64,000 nucleotides of DNA from Vicinamibacterales bacterium (lineage in GTDB: Bacteria; Acidobacteriota; Vicinamibacteria; Vicinamibacterales; UBA8438), in assembly GCA_965262985.1 (NCBI GenBank), contig OZ253576.1, forward strand, positions 5,641,213 to 5,705,212, given 5' to 3'. Below the pieces are notes generated by a model. That model ran no database searches and had not been told where the DNA came from. It worked only from the letters and a program-made list of their open reading frames with translations. The first letter of the stretch is position 1. Every line of letters starts with the position of its first letter. Both the position numbers and the translations under genes were made by a program. Shown piece by piece: positions 11,599-22,315 of the stretch.

Positions 11599-13017
11599 TC
11601 ACGCAGTGCGGCCTCCGCAGCGGCGCCGTCGGGGCACGCTATCCATGAACTTCGCCCGCAGGGCCGCGCGGTCCACCGGCACGCCATCCAGATAGACGCT
11701 CGCGATCCGCCGCGTGTTGCCGATGTCGTCCAGCGGGTTCGCGTCGAGCACCACGAACGACGCGTTCTTGCCCGCCGCCACCGTGCCGAGATCGTCGAGC
11801 CCCAGGATCTCCGCGTTGACCCGCGTCGCGGCCTCGATCACTTCCATCGGCGTGAGCCCGCAGCCGGCCATGTCGCGTAGCTCGGTGTGGGTGGTCCAGG
11901 CGACGCTGACGCCCGAGTCGGTGCCCATGCCGATGATCATCCCCGCCTCGCGGTTGCGGGCCAGGTTGCGGCACTGCAGTTCGAACATATCGCCGGGTCC
12001 TTCCGCCTCCAGCCGCTCCGCCTGCGCGCGCAGGCTCTCGACCTCGAACGGCGGCACCGTGTCGCTCAGCCAGGGCAGCTCGTCGAGCCGTACGGGCGAG
12101 CCGGGCAGGTTCGGAATCGTCCAGACATCCGGGTACTCACGCACCAGCGCCATGTACTCTTCGTCGATGTCGCGGTCGCGCACCGTATGGGCGAAGCCGT
12201 CGACTCCCGCCCGGAGCAGGTCCTTGGCGTCGGCCAGCCCGCTGGTAGAACCGAGATGCGACGTCACCCGCATGCCGCGGGCGTGCGCCTCGTCGATGAT
12301 TGCCCGGTAGACCTCCGGCTCCAGCTTCGGCACCCTACCGCCCCGATCGTCGACCCAGATCTTGATGATGTCGACCCCGTGCCCGTGCAGCTCCTCGACC
12401 GCCGCCCGCCCCTCGGCCGCGGTCTGCGCTCCCCGCGGGATCCCGAGGCGGTACTCCTGCTGCGGGCCGGCCATCGGCGTCGCCGCGATGCCGCGGCCGG
12501 ACGTCAGAAAGCGCGCCGCGTTCGGAAACCGCGCGTTCCGCAGCTCGAACGCCAGCGTCTCGTCGGCCTCCAGGCCCAGGCTCGTCGTCGCCGCGACGCC
12601 GTGGTAGGCGGTGCGCTCCAGATGTTCGACCAGGTTGGCCATCGTGTAGTTGTCGGTGCTGTGCGTGCCCTCCTTCACGCTGGTCAGTCCCAAGTGCTGG
12701 TGCGCGTCGATCAGCGCCGGGATCACCGTCTTGCCGGTCAGGTCCACGCGCGCGGCACCCTCGGGCGCCTCCCTTTCGCCCGGCGCGCCAACCCAGGCGA
12801 AGATGCCGTCCTCGACGAGGAACGCCGACCTCTCGATCGGCGCGCCGCCGTTGCCGTCAATCAGTCTGGCGCCTTCGAACCAGGTCGCGTCACTTGGCCG
12901 TTGCTCCTGCGCGGCGACGCACCCACCGGCGAGCAACGCGACGGCGCATGTGATCACCCAACCCGGCAGCGCGGGCCACGGACGTATCAGGGCTGACGAT
13001 TCCGAAGCGGGCATCAT
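11599..13017 (-). CDS. Amidohydrolase family protein (likely exported)
   Basis: [11 protein letters not shown] metal motif, [37 protein letters not shown]. Hydrophobic N-terminus ending LAGGC. Confidence 0.9.
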   Translation of the reverse strand: MMPASESSALIRPWPALPGWVITCAVALLAGGCVAAQEQRPSDATWFEGARLIDGNGGAPIERSAFLVEDGIFAWVGAPGEREAPEGAARVDLTGKTVIPALIDAHQHLGLTSVKEGTHSTDNYTMANLVEHLERTAYHGVAATTSLGLEADETLAFELRNARFPNAARFLTSGRGIAATPMAGPQQEYRLGIPRGAQTAAEGRAAVEELHGHGVDIIKIWVDDRGGRVPKLEPEVYRAIIDEAHARGMRVTSHLGSTSGLADAKDLLRAGVDGFAHTVRDRDIDEEYMALVREYPDVWTIPNLPGSPVRLDELPWLSDTVPPFEVESLRAQAERLEAEGPGDMFELQCRNLARNREAGMIIGMGTDSGVSVAWTTHTELRDMAGCGLTPMEVIEAATRVNAEILGLDDLGTVAAGKNASFVVLDANPLDDIGNTRRIASVYLDGVPVDRAALRAKFMDSVPRRRRCGGRTA

Positions 13018-13235
13018 GAACTCCCTCCGTCGGTTGCGTCGGGCGCAAGACACCCGCGTGACAGCGCCGGCGCACGCTGGCGACCGGCCCCATCGTATCC
13101 GCATCGGCGCGTTTCCTGACCCTCTGGCAGGGGCTGATCGAGCCCGCTTGAGCTGGGTTCATCACGGGCCGCTGCAACATGGACCTGGAATGGCGGGCTG
13201 ACCATCAACGTCGTGTCAATCCCCGACAGGTGTCC

Positions 13236-14120
13236 GTGACCCAGCCCTCGCGCGTCTCGCTCGTGGCCGCCTTCGCCGCCGTCTACGTCATCTGGGGTTC
13301 GACCTACCTCGCCATCCGCTGGGGCGTGGCGGAAATCCCACCGTTCCTGATGGCTGGCGGGCGCTTCCTGAGCGCGGGGACCGTCTTCGTCGCGCTGGCC
13401 GCATACCAGGGCGCAGCGCGGCCCACTGCCCACCACTGGCTGACCACCGGCTTGGTCGGTCTGCTGATGGCGGCCGGCGGTAACGGCCTGGTCAGTTGGG
13501 CGCTGCAGCGCGTGCCCTCCGGGCTCGGCGCCCTGCTCATCTCGATGGTGCCGTTGTGGGTGGCGCTGGCCGACTGGCTGCGCCCGCGTGGCGCCCGCCC
13601 GCCGGGATATGTGATCCTCGGGCTCGCGATCGGGTTCACCGGAGTCGCCCTGCTCGTCAATCCGTCCGACATCGCCAGCGCGCGCTCACTCGACGCGGTT
13701 GGCGCGAGCGTGCTTGTCATGGCCAGTCTCCTGTGGGCAGCCGGCTCCGTCTATTCGCGCTACGCCTCGCAGCCCTCTTCGCACTGGCTGTCGGCGGGCA
13801 TGCAGATGCTGGGCGGCGGCGCCGTTCTGATGGCGATATCGGTGGCGTCCGGCGAGTTGGTCGGGCTCGACTGGTCCGCGGTGTCACCAGCCGCCTTCGG
13901 GGCGTGGATCTACGTTGCGGTGTTTGGATCGGTGGCCTACGGCTCCTACCTGTGGCTGCTGAAGAAGTCGACTCCGGCCAAGGCGGCAACCTACGCCTAC
14001 GTGAACCCGGTCATCGCGCTCATCCTGGGGTACTTCCTCGCGGGTGAGACGCTGACGCTCTGGTCCCTCGGCTGCTCCGCCGTCGTCGTCGCCGGGGTGT
14101 TACTGGTCGTGTCGCGGTAG
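13236..14120 (+). CDS. EamA/DMT family transporter
   Basis: YVIWGSTYLAIR, ten hydrophobic helices, YAYVNPVIA. Start codon uncertain. Confidence 0.92.
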   Translation: MTQPSRVSLVAAFAAVYVIWGSTYLAIRWGVAEIPPFLMAGGRFLSAGTVFVALAAYQGAARPTAHHWLTTGLVGLLMAAGGNGLVSWALQRVPSGLGALLISMVPLWVALADWLRPRGARPPGYVILGLAIGFTGVALLVNPSDIASARSLDAVGASVLVMASLLWAAGSVYSRYASQPSSHWLSAGMQMLGGGAVLMAISVASGELVGLDWSAVSPAAFGAWIYVAVFGSVAYGSYLWLLKKSTPAKAATYAYVNPVIALILGYFLAGETLTLWSLGCSAVVVAGVLLVVSR

Positions 14121-14197
14121 CGCGGCCGCTGAGCAAGTCGAGGCCGCTGAGCGCCTGCTCGAGATCGACGCGGAACGATGACCCAGCACACCCGCAC

Positions 14198-14722
14198 CTA
14201 CAATCTGGCTGACGTACCTGACTCGCGCCACGGCGTCAGACGTGGCCACCATCGACCCACGTGCAGGCAATAGGTCTCGTACGACCCTTCGAATCTTCGA
14301 CGGAGTGTCGGCTCCTCATAGAACTGCACGAACAGGTGGAACGCGACCAGCATCAACCCTGCGTACGCGAACAGCCGCGCCTGGCCAAAGAGCAGCGCCT
14401 GCCCTGAAACGATGATCAGCAGGGAGACGTACATCGGGTTTCGCACGAACCGATAGAGGCCGGACGCCACCAGCACTTCGGTCTGCGCCACCGGTGCCGG
14501 TGTGCCACGTCCCTCAAGGGCGAAGCGGGCGAAGCAGTCCAGCAGGCAGGCCAGACCCGCCGCGACCGCCGCGACACCCACTACCCGCTCGCCCGGTAGC
14601 CCGAGCAGCGGTGGCTGCATCGTCCAACGGACCAGTGCGAACGGGCCGACGCCGGCAACGACAGCGGGAGCGACCCAGAAGAAGACGAGCGACCCCACGA
14701 GCGCACGCGTTCTAGTTCGCAT
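14198..14722 (-). CDS. Isoprenylcysteine carboxylmethyltransferase / PEMT family protein
   Basis: GRGTPAP...LVASGLYRFVRNPMY...YEEPTLRRRF...Y...V.RW. Confidence 0.88.
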   Translation of the reverse strand: MRTRTRALVGSLVFFWVAPAVVAGVGPFALVRWTMQPPLLGLPGERVVGVAAVAAGLACLLDCFARFALEGRGTPAPVAQTEVLVASGLYRFVRNPMYVSLLIIVSGQALLFGQARLFAYAGLMLVAFHLFVQFYEEPTLRRRFEGSYETYCLHVGRWWPRLTPWRESGTSARL

Positions 14723-14932
14723 AAGAGGCTATTCCACGAGCCGCAATTGTGACGGCGGGATGCGCGGCGGCGAGGGCAAGAGCAGCAGCGTCCCCTTGAC
14801 CGTCTGATAGTGCAGGTCCGGCCACGCTTGTTCAGCGAACACAGGCAGCAGTATGCCAGAAACCGGGGGGCGTGCCCCCCCCCCCGCCGGTGACCACCAC
14901 ATCGTGCGGTCGGAAAGACGGATATACGCAGC

Positions 14933-15202
14933 ATGGCTTTCGGCGCGATGTTTGCCGGGATTTCAGGAATGGCCCTGCTCTTGTGGTACGCCATGGCAAA
15001 GCCGGATCTGAACGATCTGGTTGCGACGTTCGTACCGAACTGGACGCTGTGGCTTCTCGTACCCGGGGCGGTCGTGTTCTCGCTCGTGAATGCAGTACTC
15101 GAGGAATCGGCATACCGTGGAGTGGTCCAGTACTCTCTCGAGAGCGCGATGGGCGTAGGCGGCGCCGCTCCGCTCCGTTGCCGCGGTCGCCGCCGAGGCT
15201 GA
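14933..15202 (+). pseudogene. Fragment of a CPBP (CAAX-type) intramembrane protease
   Basis: The VNAVLEESAYRG (EExxxR) motif is present. The later HxxxH motif is absent and the sequence degrades after ~15160. Confidence 0.6.
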
Positions 15203-15565
15203 CCCCGCCGACGCCGGTCAGCTCGGCCGGACCGCCAGAGTCGACAACCTGTCGACTAGACGGCGAAATCCCTGAGATGGCAGGCGGAGCCGAATCGCTC
15301 GACCGCCCATGAAGCGCCCGACCCGATCTGTCGGCGGAGACGAACACCGTCCGGCGTCGGCGTCCGCCGGAGCCTGATGCCCGATTGGCGGACCGTGCGT
15401 TCGACCATGGTGGGCCGGCTACGAGCCGGGGCGGCCGACTCGGCCGTTGAGCTCACATACGCGTTGGAGGTCATGGAAAGGATTCGCTGCTTGTCGAGAC
15501 GGGTCGGCACAACGCGCCCACCGCGCTTCCACGGAGTGATCACCGCATCGGGTGACCCCGAGCCG

Positions 15566-16183
15566 TCACCGCTTGAACGCCTGTATCGTCTCGCGTGCCC
15601 AACTTCGGCTTTCCCGGAAGTCGCGCTCCATCATCCTGGGCAGGTCGCGGAACACGATCTGGGATACGCGCTTTTTCGTGCCGGCTGGAGACAGTTCGTA
15701 GCCTATGACCCAACGGAAGATACTGCCGACACCCACGGCGGCGGCGTCACGCTCGGAGATCTCCGCCCGGGGAATGAAGGCTTCCTCCTCCTCATGAGTC
15801 GAGCCCGCGGTCAGGTCGACCAGCCGCGCCAAGAACTCGCCGCTGCGGACTTCGACGACGTAACCCTCCCACTCCTGCAGGGCATGCAGCGTCGCCCTCG
15901 GCGGCTCAGGTGAGGGTCGAGGCGGAAAACTCAAAACCGGAGCAGCGCCTGCGCGGTGCCCTGCACGATCGGCAAGCCAGACCGGCGTTTCGGTCTGCGC
16001 GGCTTGCCCTTTCGCGTCGCGGCCGGCCTGCGCTTCGAACGAGGGAGACAATACCCATTGCACCGCCTCGTCCACGGTCCGAACGAGTACTTCGGCGGCA
16101 TCGATTCCGGATGCGTCGCTCCGTGGAGACGGCGCAAGACTGAACATCGACGGCAACTGGTCGGATTGCCCCGTGCGTGTCAC
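15566..16183 (-). CDS. Hypothetical protein (LQEWEGYVVEV...FRWVIGY)
   Basis: Protein-like C-terminal half; overlaps the stop of the upstream gene (ATGA). Confidence 0.6.
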   Translation of the reverse strand: MTRTGQSDQLPSMFSLAPSPRSDASGIDAAEVLVRTVDEAVQWVLSPSFEAQAGRDAKGQAAQTETPVWLADRAGHRAGAAPVLSFPPRPSPEPPRATLHALQEWEGYVVEVRSGEFLARLVDLTAGSTHEEEEAFIPRAEISERDAAAVGVGSIFRWVIGYELSPAGTKKRVSQIVFRDLPRMMERDFRESRSWARETIQAFKR

Positions 16184-16881
16184 GATACCTCCGATTCCTT
16201 CGACAGGGACATGATGTGATCGATTATGTCATCGCTGCGTCGGAGCGATGCGTCGAAGCGGTCTTGAAGCAAATCCATCAGTTGCGCGGCGCCGCTGGAG
16301 GCGGCATCAGCCGCCGCGTAATGGTCGTTGACTTCGACATACACGCCCAATCCGTCGGCGATGCGAGCGGATGGTTCCACCTTGATGTTCACGGACCCGC
16401 CTTGAGCCCTGTCCTGCGGACGCAACTGCGACATCGTCAGCGATGTCATCCCACCGTGCTTTCCGTCCAGCTCCAGCTCCTGACACCAGTGTCCCCAGGG
16501 CTCCAGCGGCGCCAGAGCCGAACCGATCCGGTCCCGCCCCGCCAAACTCCCGACTCGAAAGTGCACGTTGCGGTTGATCCCCAGTGCCTTGATGGGCGTA
16601 TGGTGCAGGTGCTCGCCGAACACTCGCACGACGAGGTCGCGGACGCGAACATGCGGCGCCTGCTGCGTGTCAGCCCTGAAGCGGTCGGTGGTGACCTGGA
16701 GAAAGAGCCAGTCGGTCGAGAACACCGTCGCCTGGCGATGAGCAACCCGCAAGTCGGCGGTGTCTGAGGCTGCCTGCGGTAACAGGCCGTGCATCGCGAA
16801 TCAGGCCGGGGTGAAGATCGCGGGATTGAAGTCGCCGAGGAGGACAACTGTCGCCCCGCTGATTTCCGTCTCGGCCGGCAC
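16180..16881 (-). pseudogene. TIGR04255-like hypothetical protein with an in-frame premature TGA at 16801-16803
   Basis: Reads EISGATVVLLGDFNPAIFTPA*FAMHGLL in one frame. The stop sits where W (TGG) is expected in this N-terminal motif. Family name is tentative. Confidence 0.6.
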
Positions 16882-16996
16882 CAAGAAATGATACTTCCTT
16901 CGACCGTCACGGCGTGAGTCCGGCGCCCGCAATCGTCCGAAAGATCGTTGCGGCGCACTGACTCTCATCGGTCGGTCGGCTGCCGGCCATCCCCCC

Positions 16997-17140
16997 TGTG
17001 CCAATAATCTGTGAGACAACCTCCCTGTTGAGTTTAGTGTAGGGGCGGGAGAGGTTGGAGAGATGACGCGCATGCCACCAGCCGTGGAGATGGACGTGGT
17101 CGTGGGCCCGAAGGCGGAGGGAGCCCGGAGGGCGACCGGG
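16997..17140 (+). mobile_element. Left-end remnant of an IS3-family element related to the IS at 62824
   Basis: About 80 bp identical to 62824 onward (tgtgccaataatctgtgagacaac...atgacgcgcatgcca), then divergent and truncated. Confidence 0.85.
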
Positions 17141-17146
17141 GCTGAC

Positions 17147-17371
17147 GAACCGGGCAACCACAAGGGTTGCCCCTACGTCTCGCCTTGCACGGAACCGGGC
17201 AACCACAAGGGTTGCCCCTACGTCTCGTCTTGCGCGGAACCGGGCAACCACAAGGGTTGCCCCTACGTCTCGCCTCGCACGGAACAGGGCAACCACAAGG
17301 GTTGCCCCTGCGTCTCGTCTTGCACGGAACAGGGCAACCACATGGGTTGCCCCTGCGTCTCGTCTTGCTCA
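17147..17371. repeat. Tandem array of 5 x 45 bp REP-containing units (BIME-like)
   Basis: Unit gaaccgggcaaccacaagggttgcccctacgtctcg(c/t)cttgcacg. The reverse complement contains gtaggggcaacccttgtggttgccc. Confidence 0.9.
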
Positions 17372-17440
17372 GCGGGCGACTTCGGCATGGTCACGCCAGT
17401 GTAGAATCAGGGCGGGCTGGCACGGTGCGACCGATCCACT

Positions 17441-18526
17441 ATGAAGCACTGGCAGGAAACGTCGCATATCGTGGGCCGGATTACCGAGTTGGCGGCGACC
17501 GGGCGGCGCGCGGCGCTGGCGACCGTCGTGCGGATCAACGGGTCCGCGTATCGGCGTCCCGGCGCCAAGCTGCTCGTGGAAGAGCGCGGCGCAACTCGAG
17601 GGGGCGTGAGCGGTGGATGCCTCGAAGCGGACGTGCGCGAGATTGCCATGACCGTGATGCGTGAGGGGGTGCCCCGGCTCTGCCACTACGAGACCGGCGA
17701 CGACGACCGCACCGTGTGGGGACTCGGCCTGGGCTGTAACGGATCGGTCGACATCTTCGTTCAGCCGTTCACATCCGAAGACACGTTGGACGTGGCGCGC
17801 CATGTGCGGACGCGTCTTGCGGGAGATGCGCCGTTCGCCGTGTCCACCCTCGTCCGCGGTCCCGCCGCCGCCCTGGGCCGGATGCTCGTGGCGGGGGACG
17901 GCCCGCTGGCCGGCTCGACGGGAACCCCCGGTCTGGATCGTGAGATAGCCCGACGCGCGGAAGCGCTTCTCGCGGCCGGCGAGTCGACGTGCTACGACAT
18001 CGAATCGACCGGCGTCTTCACAGAGGTTCACGTCCCGCCGCCGCGGCTCGTCATCTGCGGCGCCGGCGACGACGCGATTCCCCTCTCGGCCTATGCGTCA
18101 CAGGTCGGCTTCCGCGTGACCGTCATCGATCACCGTCCCGCCTACCTGTCCCGAGAACGCTTTCCGGACGCGCAGCGCATCGACCGCAGACCCGCCGACG
18201 GCCTGGACGGACTTCCGCTCGGTCCACGCACCCATCTGGTGGTAATGACACACTCGTTCGCCCACGACCGGGAGTGGGTCCGGCGCCTGCTGCGGTCCGA
18301 CGCTGCCTACATCGGCCTGCTCGGCCCGCGCGCCCGAAAGGACGAAATACTCGAACAGATCGACGCGCTGGGGACCGACCGGCTCTTCGCTCCGGTCGGT
18401 CTCGATCTGGGTGCGGACGGACCTGAGCAGGTGGCCGTCAGCATCCTGGCGGAGCTTCTGGCCGTCTGCGCTTCGAGCGTGCCGCGCCACCTGCGCGAGA
18501 AGGACGGTGTCATCCATGCCGGCTGA
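17441..18526 (+). CDS. XdhC/CoxI-family molybdoenzyme maturation factor
   Basis: ALATVVRINGSAYRRPGAK, GGVSGGCLE, GLGCNGSVDIF, YIGLLGPR, APVGLDLGADGPEQVAVSI. Confidence 0.92.
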   Translation: MKHWQETSHIVGRITELAATGRRAALATVVRINGSAYRRPGAKLLVEERGATRGGVSGGCLEADVREIAMTVMREGVPRLCHYETGDDDRTVWGLGLGCNGSVDIFVQPFTSEDTLDVARHVRTRLAGDAPFAVSTLVRGPAAALGRMLVAGDGPLAGSTGTPGLDREIARRAEALLAAGESTCYDIESTGVFTEVHVPPPRLVICGAGDDAIPLSAYASQVGFRVTVIDHRPAYLSRERFPDAQRIDRRPADGLDGLPLGPRTHLVVMTHSFAHDREWVRRLLRSDAAYIGLLGPRARKDEILEQIDALGTDRLFAPVGLDLGADGPEQVAVSILAELLAVCASSVPRHLREKDGVIHAG

Positions 18527-19127
18527 ACGCAACGGCGCGGTGGCCGGCGTCGTGCTGGCCGCCGGCAGCTCGACGCGCATGGGACAGAACAAGCTGTTCT
18601 TCGAACTCGACGGCGAGACGCTGCTGAGACGGGTCGTGCGCCGCGCGATCGGCGCCGGTCTCGATCCGGTCATCGTTGTCGTGGGCCACGAAGGGGAGCG
18701 CGCCGGCACCGAGCTCTCGGGACTGTCGTGCATGACGGTCGTCAATCCCGACCACGCCGAGGGGATCAACCGGTCGCTGCAGACCGGAATCTCCCACGTT
18801 CCGGAACGCGCCCGGGCGGCGGTCGTGATGCTGGCCGACATGCCGTTCGTCACGAGCAGCATGGTCGCAGGGCTCGTCACGCATTACCGCGAGAGCACGG
18901 CCCCGCTCGTCATCTCGGCCTACGGGGACGTCAACGCGCCGCCGATGCTCTACGACCGTGCATTGTTCCCTGAGCTCCAGCGCATGACCGGAGAAGGATG
19001 CGGGCGCCAGGTCGTGCGGCGGCATCGCCACGAGGCGGTCGCGGTCGCCTGGCCGGAGGCGGCGCTGCGCGACATCGACGTTCCCGAAGACTACGAACGG
19101 ATCAAGGCCGAACTCGCCACGGGATGA
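18516..19127 (+). CDS. mocA: Molybdenum cofactor cytidylyltransferase (MocA-like NTP transferase)
   Basis: VVLAAGSSTRMGQNKL, LADMPFV, DIDVPEDY; located in the cox cluster, whose enzyme needs the MCD cofactor. Confidence 0.8.
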   Translation: MPAERNGAVAGVVLAAGSSTRMGQNKLFFELDGETLLRRVVRRAIGAGLDPVIVVVGHEGERAGTELSGLSCMTVVNPDHAEGINRSLQTGISHVPERARAAVVMLADMPFVTSSMVAGLVTHYRESTAPLVISAYGDVNAPPMLYDRALFPELQRMTGEGCGRQVVRRHRHEAVAVAWPEAALRDIDVPEDYERIKAELATG

Positions 19128-20128
19128 CAGCGATGCGCACCGACATCCTGCAGCTTGCAGCCGATCTCGCCGGTCGAAGCGAGGCGTTCGCGCTGGCCAC
19201 GGTGGTGCGCCGCGAGCCGCCGAGCTCGGCTCGTGTCGGCGACGCCGCCGTCGTGACTCCGGACGGTGAATTCCAGGGCTGGCTGGGCGGAAGCTGCACG
19301 CGGCCGACCGTGATTCGTGAGGCGCTCGCAGCCCTCGCCGACGGGGCGCCGCGGCTGATCGGAATCGTCCGCGACGCCGACGCGATGCATCACAATCGAC
19401 CCGGGCTGACGGTGTTTCCGATGGCCTGCCACAGCGGGGGAAGCGTGGAGATCTACATCGAGCCGCTGCTGCCGGCGCGGCGGCTGCTGATTTTCGGGGT
19501 TTCGCCCGCCGCGCAGGCGCTGGCGCGTCTGGCGACGGTGCTCGGCTACCGCGTGGAAGCGGTCGATCCGGAAGCCAGCGAGACGCTGTTCCCGGACGTG
19601 AGCCGCCTTGTGACCAGCGACGGGTCGATCGAGCCTCCCGCATCCGGACAGGATGCCGCCCGCTGTTTCGCTGTCGTCGCGACGCTCGGCCAGCGGGACG
19701 AAGAGGCGGCCTGGGCGGCCAGTCAACTGCAGCCGGCATACCTCGGCGTGGTCGCCAGCCGCAAGCGGTTCGGACAGATACGCGAAACGCTGGCCGGACA
19801 GGGCGCCACGCCGGAACAGCTCGACCGGATCACCAATCCGGCCGGTCTCGACATCGGCGCGGAGACGCCCGAAGAGGTTGCCTTGAGCATCCTCGCCGAG
19901 ATCATCCAGCGCGGGCGTGCCCACCGCCCCGCCCGGGCTGCGGCTCCCGCCGCGGCCGTCACCGACACCGAGCGCGACCCCGTGTGCGGCATGACCGTGT
20001 CCACCGCCTCTGCCGCTCACCAGGCCGACGCCGGCGGGAGGACCTACTACTTCTGCTGCGCGCACTGCCGCGATCTGTTCCTGGCGGAGCCACACAAGTA
20101 CGTCGCGGCGGCGGCGCAGGAGGCGTAG
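19124..20128 (+). CDS. XdhC/CoxF-like factor with a C-terminal YHS domain
   Basis: GWLGGSC, MACHSGG, YLGVVASRKR, PAGLDIGAETPEEVALSI; YHS motif DPVCGMTV...YYFCCAHC. Confidence 0.88.
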   Translation: MTAMRTDILQLAADLAGRSEAFALATVVRREPPSSARVGDAAVVTPDGEFQGWLGGSCTRPTVIREALAALADGAPRLIGIVRDADAMHHNRPGLTVFPMACHSGGSVEIYIEPLLPARRLLIFGVSPAAQALARLATVLGYRVEAVDPEASETLFPDVSRLVTSDGSIEPPASGQDAARCFAVVATLGQRDEEAAWAASQLQPAYLGVVASRKRFGQIRETLAGQGATPEQLDRITNPAGLDIGAETPEEVALSILAEIIQRGRAHRPARAAAPAAAVTDTERDPVCGMTVSTASAAHQADAGGRTYYFCCAHCRDLFLAEPHKYVAAAAQEA

Positions 20129-20129
20129 C

Positions 20130-21029
20130 GTGAGGCCGGAGGTGCTGGCAACGCAGGCGGCCATGGAGCGGCAGGGGTACATCGCCGAGCCGGCCATCGC
20201 CACCGCGGTCTTCCTGGCTCGCGCGCTGCGCAAACCGCTCCTCATCGAGGGGGACGCCGGCGTGGGCAAGACCGAGATCGCCAAGGTCCTGGCCCGCATC
20301 CTGGACACCGACCTGATCAGACTGCAGTGCTATGAGGGGATCGACGTCAACACGGCCCTTTACGAGTGGAACTACCAGCGGCAGATGCTGCGCCTCCGCA
20401 TCGCGGGAACGGAGGGCCGGGATTCAGCGGAAGTAGAGCAGATGATCTTCAGCCGCGACTGCCTGCTGGAACGCCCGCTGCTGCGCGCCATCACCTGCCG
20501 CGACGCCCCGCCGGTCCTGCTGATCGACGAGATCGATCGCGCCGACGACGGCTTCGAGGCCTTCCTGCTGGAAATCCTCTCCGACTTCCAGGTGACGATT
20601 CCCGAGCTCGGCCCCATCGCCGCCACGCACGTGCCGTATGCCGTGCTGACGTCGAACCGCACGCGCGAGATCGGCGACGCGCTGCGCCGCCGGTGCTTCT
20701 ACCTCTATGTCGAGCACCCGTCCCTGGAGAAGGAGGTTCGCATCATCCGCTCCAGGGTGCCGGAGGTCATGGACGGGTTGGCCCAGGAAATAGCAGCGGT
20801 CATGCAGGCGTTCCGCGGACGCCGTCTGCACAAGGCGCCGGGCGTCGCCGAGACGCTGGACTGGACGCGAGCCTTGATGGCGCTGCGATACGAACGTCTC
20901 GACGCCGACGTGGTGCAGGAGACGCTCGGGTGCATCCTGAAGGATCACCACGACCTGGAGGACCTGACCGCACAGGACGTCGAGTCGCTGCTCGCCGACG
21001 CGCGATCACCGGGCGGCGCCGATGGATGA
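20130..21029 (+). CDS. coxD: MoxR-type AAA+ ATPase CoxD
   Basis: LLIEGDAGVGKT, RLQCYEG, LYEWNYQRQ, LLIDEIDR, LRRRC. Confidence 0.9.
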   Translation: MRPEVLATQAAMERQGYIAEPAIATAVFLARALRKPLLIEGDAGVGKTEIAKVLARILDTDLIRLQCYEGIDVNTALYEWNYQRQMLRLRIAGTEGRDSAEVEQMIFSRDCLLERPLLRAITCRDAPPVLLIDEIDRADDGFEAFLLEILSDFQVTIPELGPIAATHVPYAVLTSNRTREIGDALRRRCFYLYVEHPSLEKEVRIIRSRVPEVMDGLAQEIAAVMQAFRGRRLHKAPGVAETLDWTRALMALRYERLDADVVQETLGCILKDHHDLEDLTAQDVESLLADARSPGGADG

Positions 21030-22245
21030 CCGTGACGTCGCGGAACGGCTGGCCCGCTTCGCGGGTCGGCTGCGGGAACGGGGCGTCGGCGTGTGCCTGA
21101 GCGACGAGATCGACGGCGCGTCCGCGCTCCTGCTGGTTGATCTCGCCGACCGGGATGAAGTCCGCTATGCGCTGCGCACCGCGCTGAAGGTCCGACGGTC
21201 GGACTGGGACACGTTCGACGAGTTGTTGCGCGGCTTCTGGGCCGCTGAAGACACGCCGGCCCGCCCCCCGGAGCAGCCCGCGCGGGCGCGCACCGACCGG
21301 TGCGGCCCGCCCACCCGTTTGCACTGGATGCAGGCGCTCGGGCTGCCTGCCGGCGAACGTGAACGCGAAGCGGCCACGGGAGATCTGCCGGGCTATTCGG
21401 CTGACAGGCTCTTGCGCCGCAAGCCGTTCGACGACTGGTGCGCGGACGACCTGGCCGCCATGGAGCGGTTGCTGGCGCGAGTGGCGCGCCGGCTGGCGAC
21501 CCGGCCGAGCCGCCGCCTGGTTCCGGTCCGTGGTCGGGGCCGGGTGGATCTGCGACGCAGCTTCCGCCGCGCGGTGGGAACCGGAGGCGAGTTCCTCTCG
21601 CTGGCGCGGCGGGCCCGCGCCGTGGAGAAGCCGGACGTGGTGCTGCTCTGCGACACCAGCGGCTCGATGGATCCGCACACCCGTTTTCTGCTGACCTTCG
21701 CGCTGTCCCTCAAGCGCGTGGTGAGACGTTGCGAGGTCTTCGCGTTCAACACCTCGCTGACCCGCTTGACGCCGTGGCTGACACCCGGGAAGATCGGTCC
21801 CACCCTGGATCGTCTGGCCGCCGGCGTGCCCGACTGGTCCGGCGGAACCCGCATCGGCGCGAGTCTGGACGAGTTCGTCACGCGGCATCTGGATACGCTC
21901 GTGAGCGCGAAGACCGTCGTCGTGGTGCTCAGCGACGGGCTGGACCTGGACGGTCCCGCCGTGCTGGCCGGCGCGATGCGCGCCATCCAGGCAAAGGCGC
22001 GGAAGGTGATCTGGCTGAACCCGCTGCTTGGCGACCCGCGCTACCGGCCGGAGGCGCGCGGGATGAAGGCCGCCCTTCCCTTCGTCGAGCATTTCGTGCC
22101 GGCGCACAACCTGGAATCACTCGAGCGGCTGTTGCCGCTCCTGGCTGCCCGTGGCGGAACCCCGCGTAGCACCGAGAGCGGCGAGGCGCTCGCGTGGCAA
22201 GGCGCGACGAGGGAGAATATCGGGCAATATTCGACCGAGGAGTAA
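21022..22245 (+). CDS. coxE: vWA-domain protein CoxE
   Basis: LCDTSGSM (MIDAS), WSGGTRIG, VLSDGLD, WLNPLL. Confidence 0.9.
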   Translation: MDDRDVAERLARFAGRLRERGVGVCLSDEIDGASALLLVDLADRDEVRYALRTALKVRRSDWDTFDELLRGFWAAEDTPARPPEQPARARTDRCGPPTRLHWMQALGLPAGEREREAATGDLPGYSADRLLRRKPFDDWCADDLAAMERLLARVARRLATRPSRRLVPVRGRGRVDLRRSFRRAVGTGGEFLSLARRARAVEKPDVVLLCDTSGSMDPHTRFLLTFALSLKRVVRRCEVFAFNTSLTRLTPWLTPGKIGPTLDRLAAGVPDWSGGTRIGASLDEFVTRHLDTLVSAKTVVVVLSDGLDLDGPAVLAGAMRAIQAKARKVIWLNPLLGDPRYRPEARGMKAALPFVEHFVPAHNLESLERLLPLLAARGGTPRSTESGEALAWQGATRENIGQYSTEE

Positions 22246-22315
22246 CGCAGTCCAGGCGGGATGCATCGCTGCTCGAATGCAGCGGGGCTTTCGCCACGGG
22301 CAGCCACTGTCTGAC

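Noticed and set aside
16801-16803. TGA recoding (selenocysteine or alternative genetic code)
   Set aside because: TGA terminates many intact genes here, and the position corresponds to Trp rather than Cys. A nonsense mutation is simpler.
17147-17371. Possible CRISPR array (palindromic repeat with regular period)
   Set aside because: The inter-repeat segments are near-identical rather than unique spacers, the repeat is a GTAG-REP found elsewhere, and there are no cas genes.
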